Below, piece after piece: positions 25,728 to 32,807 of a DNA stretch of 32,807 bases. Within the stretch, counting starts at the first letter, position 1; the number at the start of each line of letters is the position of its first letter. The translations under genes were made by a program, and so were the position numbers. The notes beneath the pieces are model-generated. The model worked only from the letters and a program-made list of their open reading frames with translations, searched no databases and had not been told where the DNA came from. The stretch lies in assembly GCA_026984165.1 (NCBI GenBank), contig JALSSQ010000302.1, positions 1 to 32,807 on the forward strand, written 5' to 3'. This DNA comes from Sulfurovum sp. (GTDB lineage Bacteria; Campylobacterota; Campylobacteria; Campylobacterales; Sulfurovaceae).

Positions 25728-26102
25728 TTGCCTACAATTAACCAATTGATTCGTAAAGAACGTAAAAAGCAAGTGAAAAAATCAAAATCACCTGCGCTCG
25801 TAAAATGTCCTCAAAGAAGAGGCGTATGTACCAGAGTTTATACTACAACTCCAAAAAAACCAAACTCAGCTTTGAGAAAAGTTGCAAAAGTGAGATTGAC
25901 ATCAGGATTTGAAGTCATCTCATATATTGGTGGTGAAGGTCACAACCTTCAAGAGCACTCTATTGTACTTGTACGTGGGGGAAGAATTAAAGATTTACCA
26001 GGTGTGAAATATCATATTGTACGTGGTGCGCTAGATGCTTCAGGTGTGACCGGTAGAACCGTTGCACGTTCTAAATATGGTACTAAGAAGCCTAAAAAAT
26101 AG
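25728..26102 (+). CDS. rpsL: 30S ribosomal protein S12 (TTG start)
   Basis: [24 protein letters not shown]; AAGGA RBS before TTG. Confidence 0.99.
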   Translation: MPTINQLIRKERKKQVKKSKSPALVKCPQRRGVCTRVYTTTPKKPNSALRKVAKVRLTSGFEVISYIGGEGHNLQEHSIVLVRGGRIKDLPGVKYHIVRGALDASGVTGRTVARSKYGTKKPKK

Positions 26103-26695
<593 letters not shown>

Positions 26696-26706
26696 GGAAA
26701 TAGGTT

Positions 26707-28797
26707 ATGGCAAGAACGCATAAACTTGAAGACGTAAGAAACATCGGTATTGCTGCACACATTGATGCAGGAAAAACTACAACAACAGAGAGAATCCTTT
26801 TTTACACAGGTGTTGAACATAAAATTGGTGAAGTGCATGATGGTGCTGCAACAATGGACTGGATGGAGCAAGAGCAAGAGAGAGGTATTACCATTACTTC
26901 TGCTGCAACAACCTGTGAATGGCTAGGAAAACAAATCAATATTATCGATACTCCAGGTCACGTTGACTTTACGATTGAAGTGGAACGTTCTATGAGAGTA
27001 CTTGATGGTGCTGTATCTGTATTCTGTGCTGTTGGTGGGGTACAACCACAATCTGAAACAGTCTGGAGACAAAGAAACCGATACGGTGTTCCTTCACTTG
27101 TATTTGTCAACAAGATGGATAGAACAGGGGCGGATTTCTTGGAGGTTGAAAGACAAATTAGAGAAAGACTTCAAGGAAACCCTCTTGTGATTCAACTTCC
27201 AATTGGCGCTGAAGAGAACTTTGAAGGTGTGATTGACTTGGTCAAGATGAAAGAGGTAGTGTGGGATCAAGATGCTGCCATGGGTTCAAACTATCATGTG
27301 CAAGAGATACGTGATGAGCTCAAAGCTCAAGCTGAAGAGTATCGTGAGAAGATGATTGAAGGTATCTCTGAGGTTGATGGTAATGAAGAGCTGATGGAGA
27401 AATTTTTAGAAGGTGAAGAGCTGACTGAAGATGAGATTGTAGCGGGTATTAAAGCTGCAACAATCGCGATGCATGTTGTACCAATGCTTCCAGGTACTGC
27501 ATTTAAGAACAAAGGTGTGCAAACATTGCTTGATGCTGTTGTCGCTTACCTCCCGTCTCCAGTAGAAGCACCTGCAATCAAAGGTACTGAGATGGATGAT
27601 GAAGATGCTGAAGTGACTGTTGAGTCCACAGATGATGGAGAGTTTGCATCATTGGCATTTAAAATCATGACCGACCCTTTTGTGGGTCAGTTGACATTTA
27701 TTCGTGTATATCGTGGTTCTTTAGAGTCCGGTTCGTACGTACTTAACTCTACTAAAGGCAAAAAAGAGCGTATTGGACGTATCATGAAGATGCATGCGAT
27801 TAAGCGTGAAGAGGTGCAAGAGATTTATGCAGGTGAGATTGGCGCGGTTGTGGGGCTTAAAAACACAACAACAGGAGATACACTCTGTTCAGAAAAAGAC
27901 AAAGTGATACTTGAAAGAATGGATTTCCCAGATCCGGTAATCTCTGTAGCTGTTGAGCCTAAAACAAAAGCAGACCAAGAAAAAATGGGACTTGCTCTTG
28001 GTAAACTCGCAGCAGAAGATCCATCGTTCCGTGTAAGTACAGATGAAGAGTCTGGGCAGACTATTATCTCTGGTATGGGTGAACTTCACCTTGAAATTAT
28101 CGTAGATAGAATGAAAAGAGAATTTAAGGTAGAAGCTGAAGTGGGTGCACCACAAGTTGCTTACCGTGAAACCATTAGAAGTTCAGTTGAGCAAGAGTAC
28201 AAATATGCAAAACAATCAGGTGGACGTGGACAATTTGGTCATGTTTATCTTAAAATTGAACCACTTGAGCCTGGAAGTGGTTATGAGTTTGTGGATGAGA
28301 TCAAAGGTGGAGTGGTTCCAAAAGAGTTTATCGGACCGGTAGATAAAGGTATCCAAGAGGCAATGCAAAGAGGTATTCAAGCAGGATACCCTGTTGAAGA
28401 TGTGAAAGTGACACTCTACGATGGATCTTACCATGACGTTGACTCCTCTGAGATGGCGTTTAAACTTGCAGGTTCAATGGGATTCAGAGAGGGTGCAAGA
28501 AAAGCGAACCCTGTGATTCTTGAGCCGATGATGAAAGTAGAGGTTGAAGTACCAGAAGAGTTTATGGGTGATGTTATCGGAGATGTTGCGAAACGTAGAG
28601 GTCAGGTATCTGGCATGGATGACAGAGCGGGTAACAAAATTGTGAATGCTTTTGTACCACTTTCAGAGATGTTTGGCTACTCAACTGACCTGCGTTCAAT
28701 GACACAAGGTCGTGCAACGTATGCGATGGAGTTTGACCATTATGAAGAGGTGCCACAAAATGTAGCCAAAGAAATCATCGAAAAGAGAAATAGTTAA
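26707..28797 (+). CDS. fusA: Elongation factor G
   Basis: [49 protein letters not shown]. Confidence 0.99.
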   Translation: MARTHKLEDVRNIGIAAHIDAGKTTTTERILFYTGVEHKIGEVHDGAATMDWMEQEQERGITITSAATTCEWLGKQINIIDTPGHVDFTIEVERSMRVLDGAVSVFCAVGGVQPQSETVWRQRNRYGVPSLVFVNKMDRTGADFLEVERQIRERLQGNPLVIQLPIGAEENFEGVIDLVKMKEVVWDQDAAMGSNYHVQEIRDELKAQAEEYREKMIEGISEVDGNEELMEKFLEGEELTEDEIVAGIKAATIAMHVVPMLPGTAFKNKGVQTLLDAVVAYLPSPVEAPAIKGTEMDDEDAEVTVESTDDGEFASLAFKIMTDPFVGQLTFIRVYRGSLESGSYVLNSTKGKKERIGRIMKMHAIKREEVQEIYAGEIGAVVGLKNTTTGDTLCSEKDKVILERMDFPDPVISVAVEPKTKADQEKMGLALGKLAAEDPSFRVSTDEESGQTIISGMGELHLEIIVDRMKREFKVEAEVGAPQVAYRETIRSSVEQEYKYAKQSGGRGQFGHVYLKIEPLEPGSGYEFVDEIKGGVVPKEFIGPVDKGIQEAMQRGIQAGYPVEDVKVTLYDGSYHDVDSSEMAFKLAGSMGFREGARKANPVILEPMMKVEVEVPEEFMGDVIGDVAKRRGQVSGMDDRAGNKIVNAFVPLSEMFGYSTDLRSMTQGRATYAMEFDHYEEVPQNVAKEIIEKRNS

Positions 28798-28910
28798 TCT
28801 TTCGTAGTATTTCACTATAACTTTGAAGGAGTATCTCAGTCACGTACTGGGAGTACGCTCCTTCGATACAACCTCCAAATTTACAGCAAACTACTACGAA
28901 ATATAAACTA
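28791..28910. mobile_element. 120-bp TA-bounded palindromic element (ERIC-like / MITE-like)
   Basis: Terminal arms match at 31/39 nt (TAGTTAATCTTTCGTAGTA...TACTACGAAATATAAACTA). The central CAGTCACGTACTGGGAGTACGCTCC resembles the ERIC core CAGTCACTTACTTATGTAAGCTCC. Confidence 0.6.
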
Positions 28911-29032
28911 TTTAATCTATGTCAAAATCAATCAAATCTACAGCAAATTAACTCTTACGTGCACTAAAGTATTATTCTATTTTAATTTTAAATTAGCATA
29001 CAATAGTATTTAATAAAAACCAAGGAAGATTA

Positions 29033-29398
29033 ATGCAATACATCATAGACCTCATAGAAGATGTACGTGAACAAATAGGAAATAATGAGTCATATAGAGT
29101 GACTGCGGGGTTACTTAAAACAGACGTGAGTGATAGTAAAAGACTTATTTATTCAGGGGAGGCAGGACTCAATGCGTATCATATAGACAAGATAGCCAAA
29201 GTGTTGCGTTTTGAAATAGATGGTAGTGAGTCACAACTCACTATAGGAGAGCTTATTCCTTCTCTTTTGATACTTGATATGGATGCGATGATGTATGCGC
29301 TTAAAATGGATGTGAATACACAGTATAGTGATATGGAGATAGTGGGGTTTGGTAAAAATGATGATGAGAAACGTTATATCTTGTTTATAAAGATATAA
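29033..29398 (+). CDS. Hypothetical protein (121 aa, acidic)
   Basis: AAGGA RBS, TACAAT -10-like box at 28999-29004, plausible composition; no motif recognised. Confidence 0.75.
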   Translation: MQYIIDLIEDVREQIGNNESYRVTAGLLKTDVSDSKRLIYSGEAGLNAYHIDKIAKVLRFEIDGSESQLTIGELIPSLLILDMDAMMYALKMDVNTQYSDMEIVGFGKNDDEKRYILFIKI

Positions 29399-29410
29399 CG
29401 CTTATGAATG

Positions 29411-29752
29411 CTATGCGTATATAGACTCTTTTTTAAACTCTTTTGTTAAAAGTGCGTAAAAAAGTGCTCTGTATTTGTTACGATTGGATGTTCCCATTGT
29501 TTCACATACTTTTTGAATGGCCGCATCCAGCGTAGCATCATCTTCTGTGAGACCCAGTTTTTTCTGTAAAAAGTTCTTTTTTACAGTTTCAAGTTCTGAG
29601 GCTTGACCACAAGCAATCGTTTCAGCGTCTTTTTTGTAGATAGATGGTCCAAGACCAATGGTTACTTTTTCGATTAAATCAGTAGAAATACTTAAGCCTA
29701 ATTTTTTTGCTTCAGCAGTATATTGTGCGATTTTGTCATCTCTTTTACTCAT
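29411..29752 (-). CDS. DUF2853 family protein
   Basis: KVTIGLGPSIY..DA, ELETVKKNFL.KKLGL, RNKYRA.FY, FKKESIY are typical of DUF2853. Confidence 0.85.
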   Translation of the reverse strand: MSKRDDKIAQYTAEAKKLGLSISTDLIEKVTIGLGPSIYKKDAETIACGQASELETVKKNFLQKKLGLTEDDATLDAAIQKVCETMGTSNRNKYRALFYALLTKEFKKESIYA

Positions 29753-29785
29753 TCTTCTTCCTTTTAATAAATTTGTTACATCCTG

Positions 29786-29794
29786 ATTATAGCA
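29786..29794 (-). promoter_or_regulatory. Extended -10 promoter for the DUF2853 gene
   Basis: TGCTATAAT (TGnTATAAT) on the minus strand, 33 nt upstream of the ATG; AAGGA RBS. Confidence 0.6.
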
Positions 29795-29805
29795 TCAAAT
29801 TTTTC

Positions 29806-30045
29806 TTAGGTCAAATTTTTTGGCTTTTGTGCAAAAAGAATCCAGTTCATACTGATTTTATGTTTTTTTGAAAAATAGGCAATTGCTTCAAAGGGTATAC
29901 GTTGCCTACGCTTAATAACAGCAAAGTTTTGTGGGTTCATATTGAGTGCTAAAGCAATGTCTTTATCGAGCACTTTATCGTTTTTTGTTTTGGAAGCAAG
30001 AAGGGTTTTGATTCTTTGCATCACTTCAGAAAAATCTATCATCAC
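29806..30045 (-). CDS. Stand-alone phage CI-repressor-like helix-turn-helix protein
   Basis: KVLDKDIALALNMNPQNFAVIKRRQRIPFEAIAYFSKKHKISMNWIL resembles the N-terminal HTH of CI/S24 repressors; no peptidase domain; AAGGA RBS; start is GTG 30045 or ATG 30042. Confidence 0.7.
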   Translation of the reverse strand: MMIDFSEVMQRIKTLLASKTKNDKVLDKDIALALNMNPQNFAVIKRRQRIPFEAIAYFSKKHKISMNWILFAQKPKNLT

Positions 30046-30107
30046 TGTCCTTTGAATCGATATTGAGATAGCGTATGATAGTAGATTTTTGTGTGAAAAG
30101 TTAAAAA

Positions 30108-30124
30108 TATGTCATATTGACATA
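30108..30124. promoter_or_regulatory. Palindrome between queF and the HTH gene (operator or terminator)
   Basis: TATGTCA-TAT-TGACATA flanked by an A-tract and a T-tract. Confidence 0.45.
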
Positions 30125-30140
30125 CTTTTTTCCTAAGAGC

Positions 30141-30518
30141 TTAGTTTTTGGTGCTATCAATCTCTATGACAGTGTGTACATTTCCTCTTGGGTTAAAGTC
30201 TGCAACGAGTTTCATCGACTTGGGTTTAAGCTTAGTGTAGAGTGCATCATATATTTCATTGCTGGCGTTTTCATGAGAGATATGTCTGTACATAAATGAG
30301 TTGATATAGAGTTTGAGAGCTTTGAGTTCAATGACTTTTTCGTTAGGTTCATAGCTTAGTCTAAGTGTGGCAAAGTCAGGGTAGCCTGAACGTGGGCAAA
30401 GACACATGAACTCTGGGAGTTCTATGTTAATCGTATAATTTTTTTTATGTGTGTTTGGCCAAAAGTTTTCTTCTGCATTGATGTTAAATTCTTGTATCTC
30501 TTTTTCACCGTATTTCAT
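30141..30518 (-). CDS. queF: NADPH-dependent 7-cyano-7-deazaguanine (preQ0) reductase, unimodular
   Basis: CPRSGYPDFA, ELKALKLY (QueF motif), SHE, PRG. True start is ATG 30518 (MKYGEKEI) after AAGGA, not the track's 30581. Confidence 0.93.
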   Translation of the reverse strand: MKYGEKEIQEFNINAEENFWPNTHKKNYTINIELPEFMCLCPRSGYPDFATLRLSYEPNEKVIELKALKLYINSFMYRHISHENASNEIYDALYTKLKPKSMKLVADFNPRGNVHTVIEIDSTKN

Positions 30519-31947
30519 CTGTTTCCTTTTCGTTATATCTTCTAATAAGCATCTCTTCAGAGATAGGCTTATCAATGCCAAAACCTTGGAGGTAATCTAT
30601 ACCTAAGGAGATAAGTTTGTTTTTTTGTGATGTATTATCGACCCATTTTGCAACTGTTAAAATATTTAAATCTTTTGACATTGTAATCAAAGAAGAGAGC
30701 ATCGCCATATTGGTAGCATTGTCAAGATTTGTGACATATTCACGATCAAATTGAACCATATCGAATTTAAAGTGTTTCATATACTCCATAGATGCATTGG
30801 AAGATCCAAAATTATCGATACAAATACGTACTCCTTTGGCCCTAAATATACCCAATGTTTTAAAGTATCCAGAGAGATCATGGTGCGTTTTTCGTTCGTA
30901 GAGTTGAATGATAAGACGTGATGTCTCAGTATTATGCTCTTTTAAGAGCATAAAAAACTTTTCTTGAAAGTTTCTGTTTCTCAATGAAAAAGGTGAGAGG
31001 TTAAAAGTAAGAGATATATGTTTATCGAGCAATGGCAATAACTTAATAATATGCTCAGAAAGAGCAAGATCATAATTGACACCTAATCCAAGCCTGTTGA
31101 TGATGGGTAAATAGACTCTTGGGAGGATCTCCTTATTATCGCGAGAGATAAGTTTGGCAACAATTTCATAAATCTCTATTTGGCCATTATGGGTGTTCTC
31201 TAAAGGCCTAAATCCAAGTTTGAAATGCTTGTTGTTGAGAGCATTTATAATTGCTTGTTCTGTTTGATTGATCTCTTTTGCATGTTTCACATTTTCATTG
31301 TTCCCATCTTTGCCTTTGGAAGATGCTAATAAATCTTTGAGTTGACCGAGTATATGCTCTATATTTCCTTCTGTGTTTGTGACTGCTGAGTAATCATAGT
31401 CTATAGCTATGTCATCAATTTCTTTATTTTTTTCTATAAAAGTGTCAAAAATATTTTTAATATCATAGCCTTCTTTGTTTATAGCAATAAGAAATTCTGC
31501 ACCATATCTTCTTCCAATCAGCGGATTATCCAGTCCATATTGATTGAGTGTTTCATTTAGTTTATGAATGATGGTATATAGTAATAAATCAACTTTTTTG
31601 GCATTATAATTGTCATCAATTGTGGAGAGATTTTTGACTACAAGAAGTATAAGTGTTTTGGGTTTGTATGCTTCTAATTTATTGATAAAAGCCTTTTCAT
31701 TAAAGCTTTGTGTAGTACCATCAATAATAGTCTCTTTGACACTCATTTCAATAAGAAAATAGTTAAAATAAATGGTAATAAAAATAATACCAGCAATCAA
31801 AAAACCATTAATAAGATTTGGTTGAAAAGTACCTTCTTGAACAAATAATGAGTAGAAAACTAAAGAGACAAGAAGAAGCACAGGAATGCCTGCGCGGAGT
31901 GCTAATTTAAAACGACGTTCTCTCTCTTCTAATTCTGATAGTAACAT
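30505..31947 (-). CDS. Membrane-anchored degenerate GGDEF-EAL domain protein
   Basis: Two N-terminal TM helices; GGDEF position reads RYGAEF; EAL-fold motifs EIVAKL, FNLS, QLYE, IDNFG, VQFDR, VAKWVD, QGF. Confidence 0.85.
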   Translation of the reverse strand: MLLSELEERERRFKLALRAGIPVLLLVSLVFYSLFVQEGTFQPNLINGFLIAGIIFITIYFNYFLIEMSVKETIIDGTTQSFNEKAFINKLEAYKPKTLILLVVKNLSTIDDNYNAKKVDLLLYTIIHKLNETLNQYGLDNPLIGRRYGAEFLIAINKEGYDIKNIFDTFIEKNKEIDDIAIDYDYSAVTNTEGNIEHILGQLKDLLASSKGKDGNNENVKHAKEINQTEQAIINALNNKHFKLGFRPLENTHNGQIEIYEIVAKLISRDNKEILPRVYLPIINRLGLGVNYDLALSEHIIKLLPLLDKHISLTFNLSPFSLRNRNFQEKFFMLLKEHNTETSRLIIQLYERKTHHDLSGYFKTLGIFRAKGVRICIDNFGSSNASMEYMKHFKFDMVQFDREYVTNLDNATNMAMLSSLITMSKDLNILTVAKWVDNTSQKNKLISLGIDYLQGFGIDKPISEEMLIRRYNEKETDEIR

Positions 31948-32807
31948 TACACATCCAAGTGTTTTACATCTTTGGCATGACTCTCTATGTAGTTTCTTCT
32001 TGGTTCAACCTCATCGCCCATAAAGAGTACAAAGGTATCAGCTGCGGCTTCGTCATCTCCTACCTTCACTTGTAGAAGTCGTCTGTTTTCTGGGGTCATT
32101 GTGGTTTCCCAAAGTTGTTCAGGGTTCATCTCCCCTAGACCTTTGTAGCGCTGGATGTAGGCACCTTTTTTAGCAGAACTTTCAACCTCCTCAAAGAGGG
32201 CGAGTAAATCCTGATCTTTAAATTCATCCGTGATGTGTTCTTTGATTTTTTGGTGAATATGAATCGCTTCATTGTAGTGAGGGTTGGTAAAAAGAATATC
32301 ATCAACGATAAGTTCTTCAAGCCCATCATTGGTTTGTACAAAAAGATGAATTGTTTCATCAGAGATAGTTTTATTTAAGATGTTGTAGCCTAATTTTGCG
32401 ATATATGTTTCAATGGTTTTGGCTAAAGCTTTATTGTCCGTACCTACTACATCCGGATTTTCGATCATGTAACGTAGGACTTCAGGTAGGGCAAAACGTT
32501 TTTCTATCTCCTTAAGTGTCATACGATAGTAGGCTACAAGTTTAAATAAATCAATCAAGTCTGCTTCTCCCATGGTTTTACTTTCAATCACAGAGATACC
32601 ATTTTCAATAAGATAGTCATTGAGTGCTTTTTCGTCTTTGAGGTAAATCTCATTTTTACCTTTTTTATAACGATACAGTGGTGGTTGAGCAAGGTAAAGA
32701 TACCCATTTTCAATGATTGGTTTTAAGAATCGATAGAAGAATGTCATTAAGAGTGTCTGTATGTGCGATCCATCAACATCGGCATCGGTCATGATGATGA
32801 CTTTATG
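31947..32807 (-). CDS. gyrB: DNA gyrase subunit B, C-terminal part (5' end outside the window)
   Basis: Frame open to the window edge: HKVIIMTDADVDGSHI (TOPRIM), YLAQPPLY, QRYKGLGEMNPEQLWETTM, LFMGDEVEPRR, LDV*. Confidence 0.97.
   Translation of the reverse strand, partial: HKVIIMTDADVDGSHIQTLLMTFFYRFLKPIIENGYLYLAQPPLYRYKKGKNEIYLKDEKALNDYLIENGISVIESKTMGEADLIDLFKLVAYYRMTLKEIEKRFALPEVLRYMIENPDVVGTDNKALAKTIETYIAKLGYNILNKTISDETIHLFVQTNDGLEELIVDDILFTNPHYNEAIHIHQKIKEHITDEFKDQDLLALFEEVESSAKKGAYIQRYKGLGEMNPEQLWETTMTPENRRLLQVKVGDDEAAADTFVLFMGDEVEPRRNYIESHAKDVKHLDV

Noticed and set aside
28791-28950. CRISPR array or toxin-antitoxin/riboswitch RNA after fusA
   Set aside because: No regularly spaced direct repeats with spacers, no cas genes, no small hydrophobic ORF; a single long palindrome explains the signal better.
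29033-30140. Prophage remnant around the CI-like HTH
   Set aside because: No integrase, divergent cro, structural genes or att-like repeats; flanking genes are ordinary chromosomal genes.
30519-30581. N-terminal extension of QueF
   Set aside because: It overlaps the EAL gene; ATG 30518 has an AAGGA RBS and gives a normal unimodular QueF length.
30519-30620. preQ1 riboswitch upstream of queF
   Set aside because: The region is the coding end of the EAL gene and shows no AGAGGTTCTAG-type preQ1-I aptamer.

Overview
AT-rich chromosomal window from a Campylobacterota bacterium. It is most likely Sulfurovum-like, inferred from gene order, a single tuf inside the tRNA cluster, a str operon without tuf, and unfused rpoB/rpoC. 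Left third (1-11.1 kb), accessory and housekeeping genes: a 5'-truncated YyaL/SSP411 thioredoxin-domain gene coupled to DUF309 and a SagB-type tandem nitroreductase; a five-gene ynbA-ynbB-acyltransferase-ynbC-ynbD phospholipid cluster of unknown product; a split YeeE/YedE sulfur-transporter pair; and yciH and yaaA on the minus strand. Centre (11.2-28.8 kb), core transcription/translation cluster: tRNA-Thr-Tyr-Gly-Thr, tuf, rpmG (missed by the ORF track), tRNA-Trp, secE, nusG, rplKAJL, rpoBC, rpsL, rpsG, fusA. Right end: a hypothetical gene, a DUF2853 gene, a stand-alone CI-like HTH gene, and a minus-strand gyrB(partial)-degenerate GGDEF/EAL-queF unit. The most interesting signals are (i) the ynb-type lipid cluster, whose enzymes carry altered catalytic motifs; (ii) a 120-bp TA-bounded ERIC-like palindromic element overlapping the fusA stop codon; (iii) a REP-like inverted doublet after rpoC; and (iv) possible long-range pairing between the spacers that enclose tRNA-Tyr/Gly. 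No CRISPR array, rRNA, transposase or prophage is supported.
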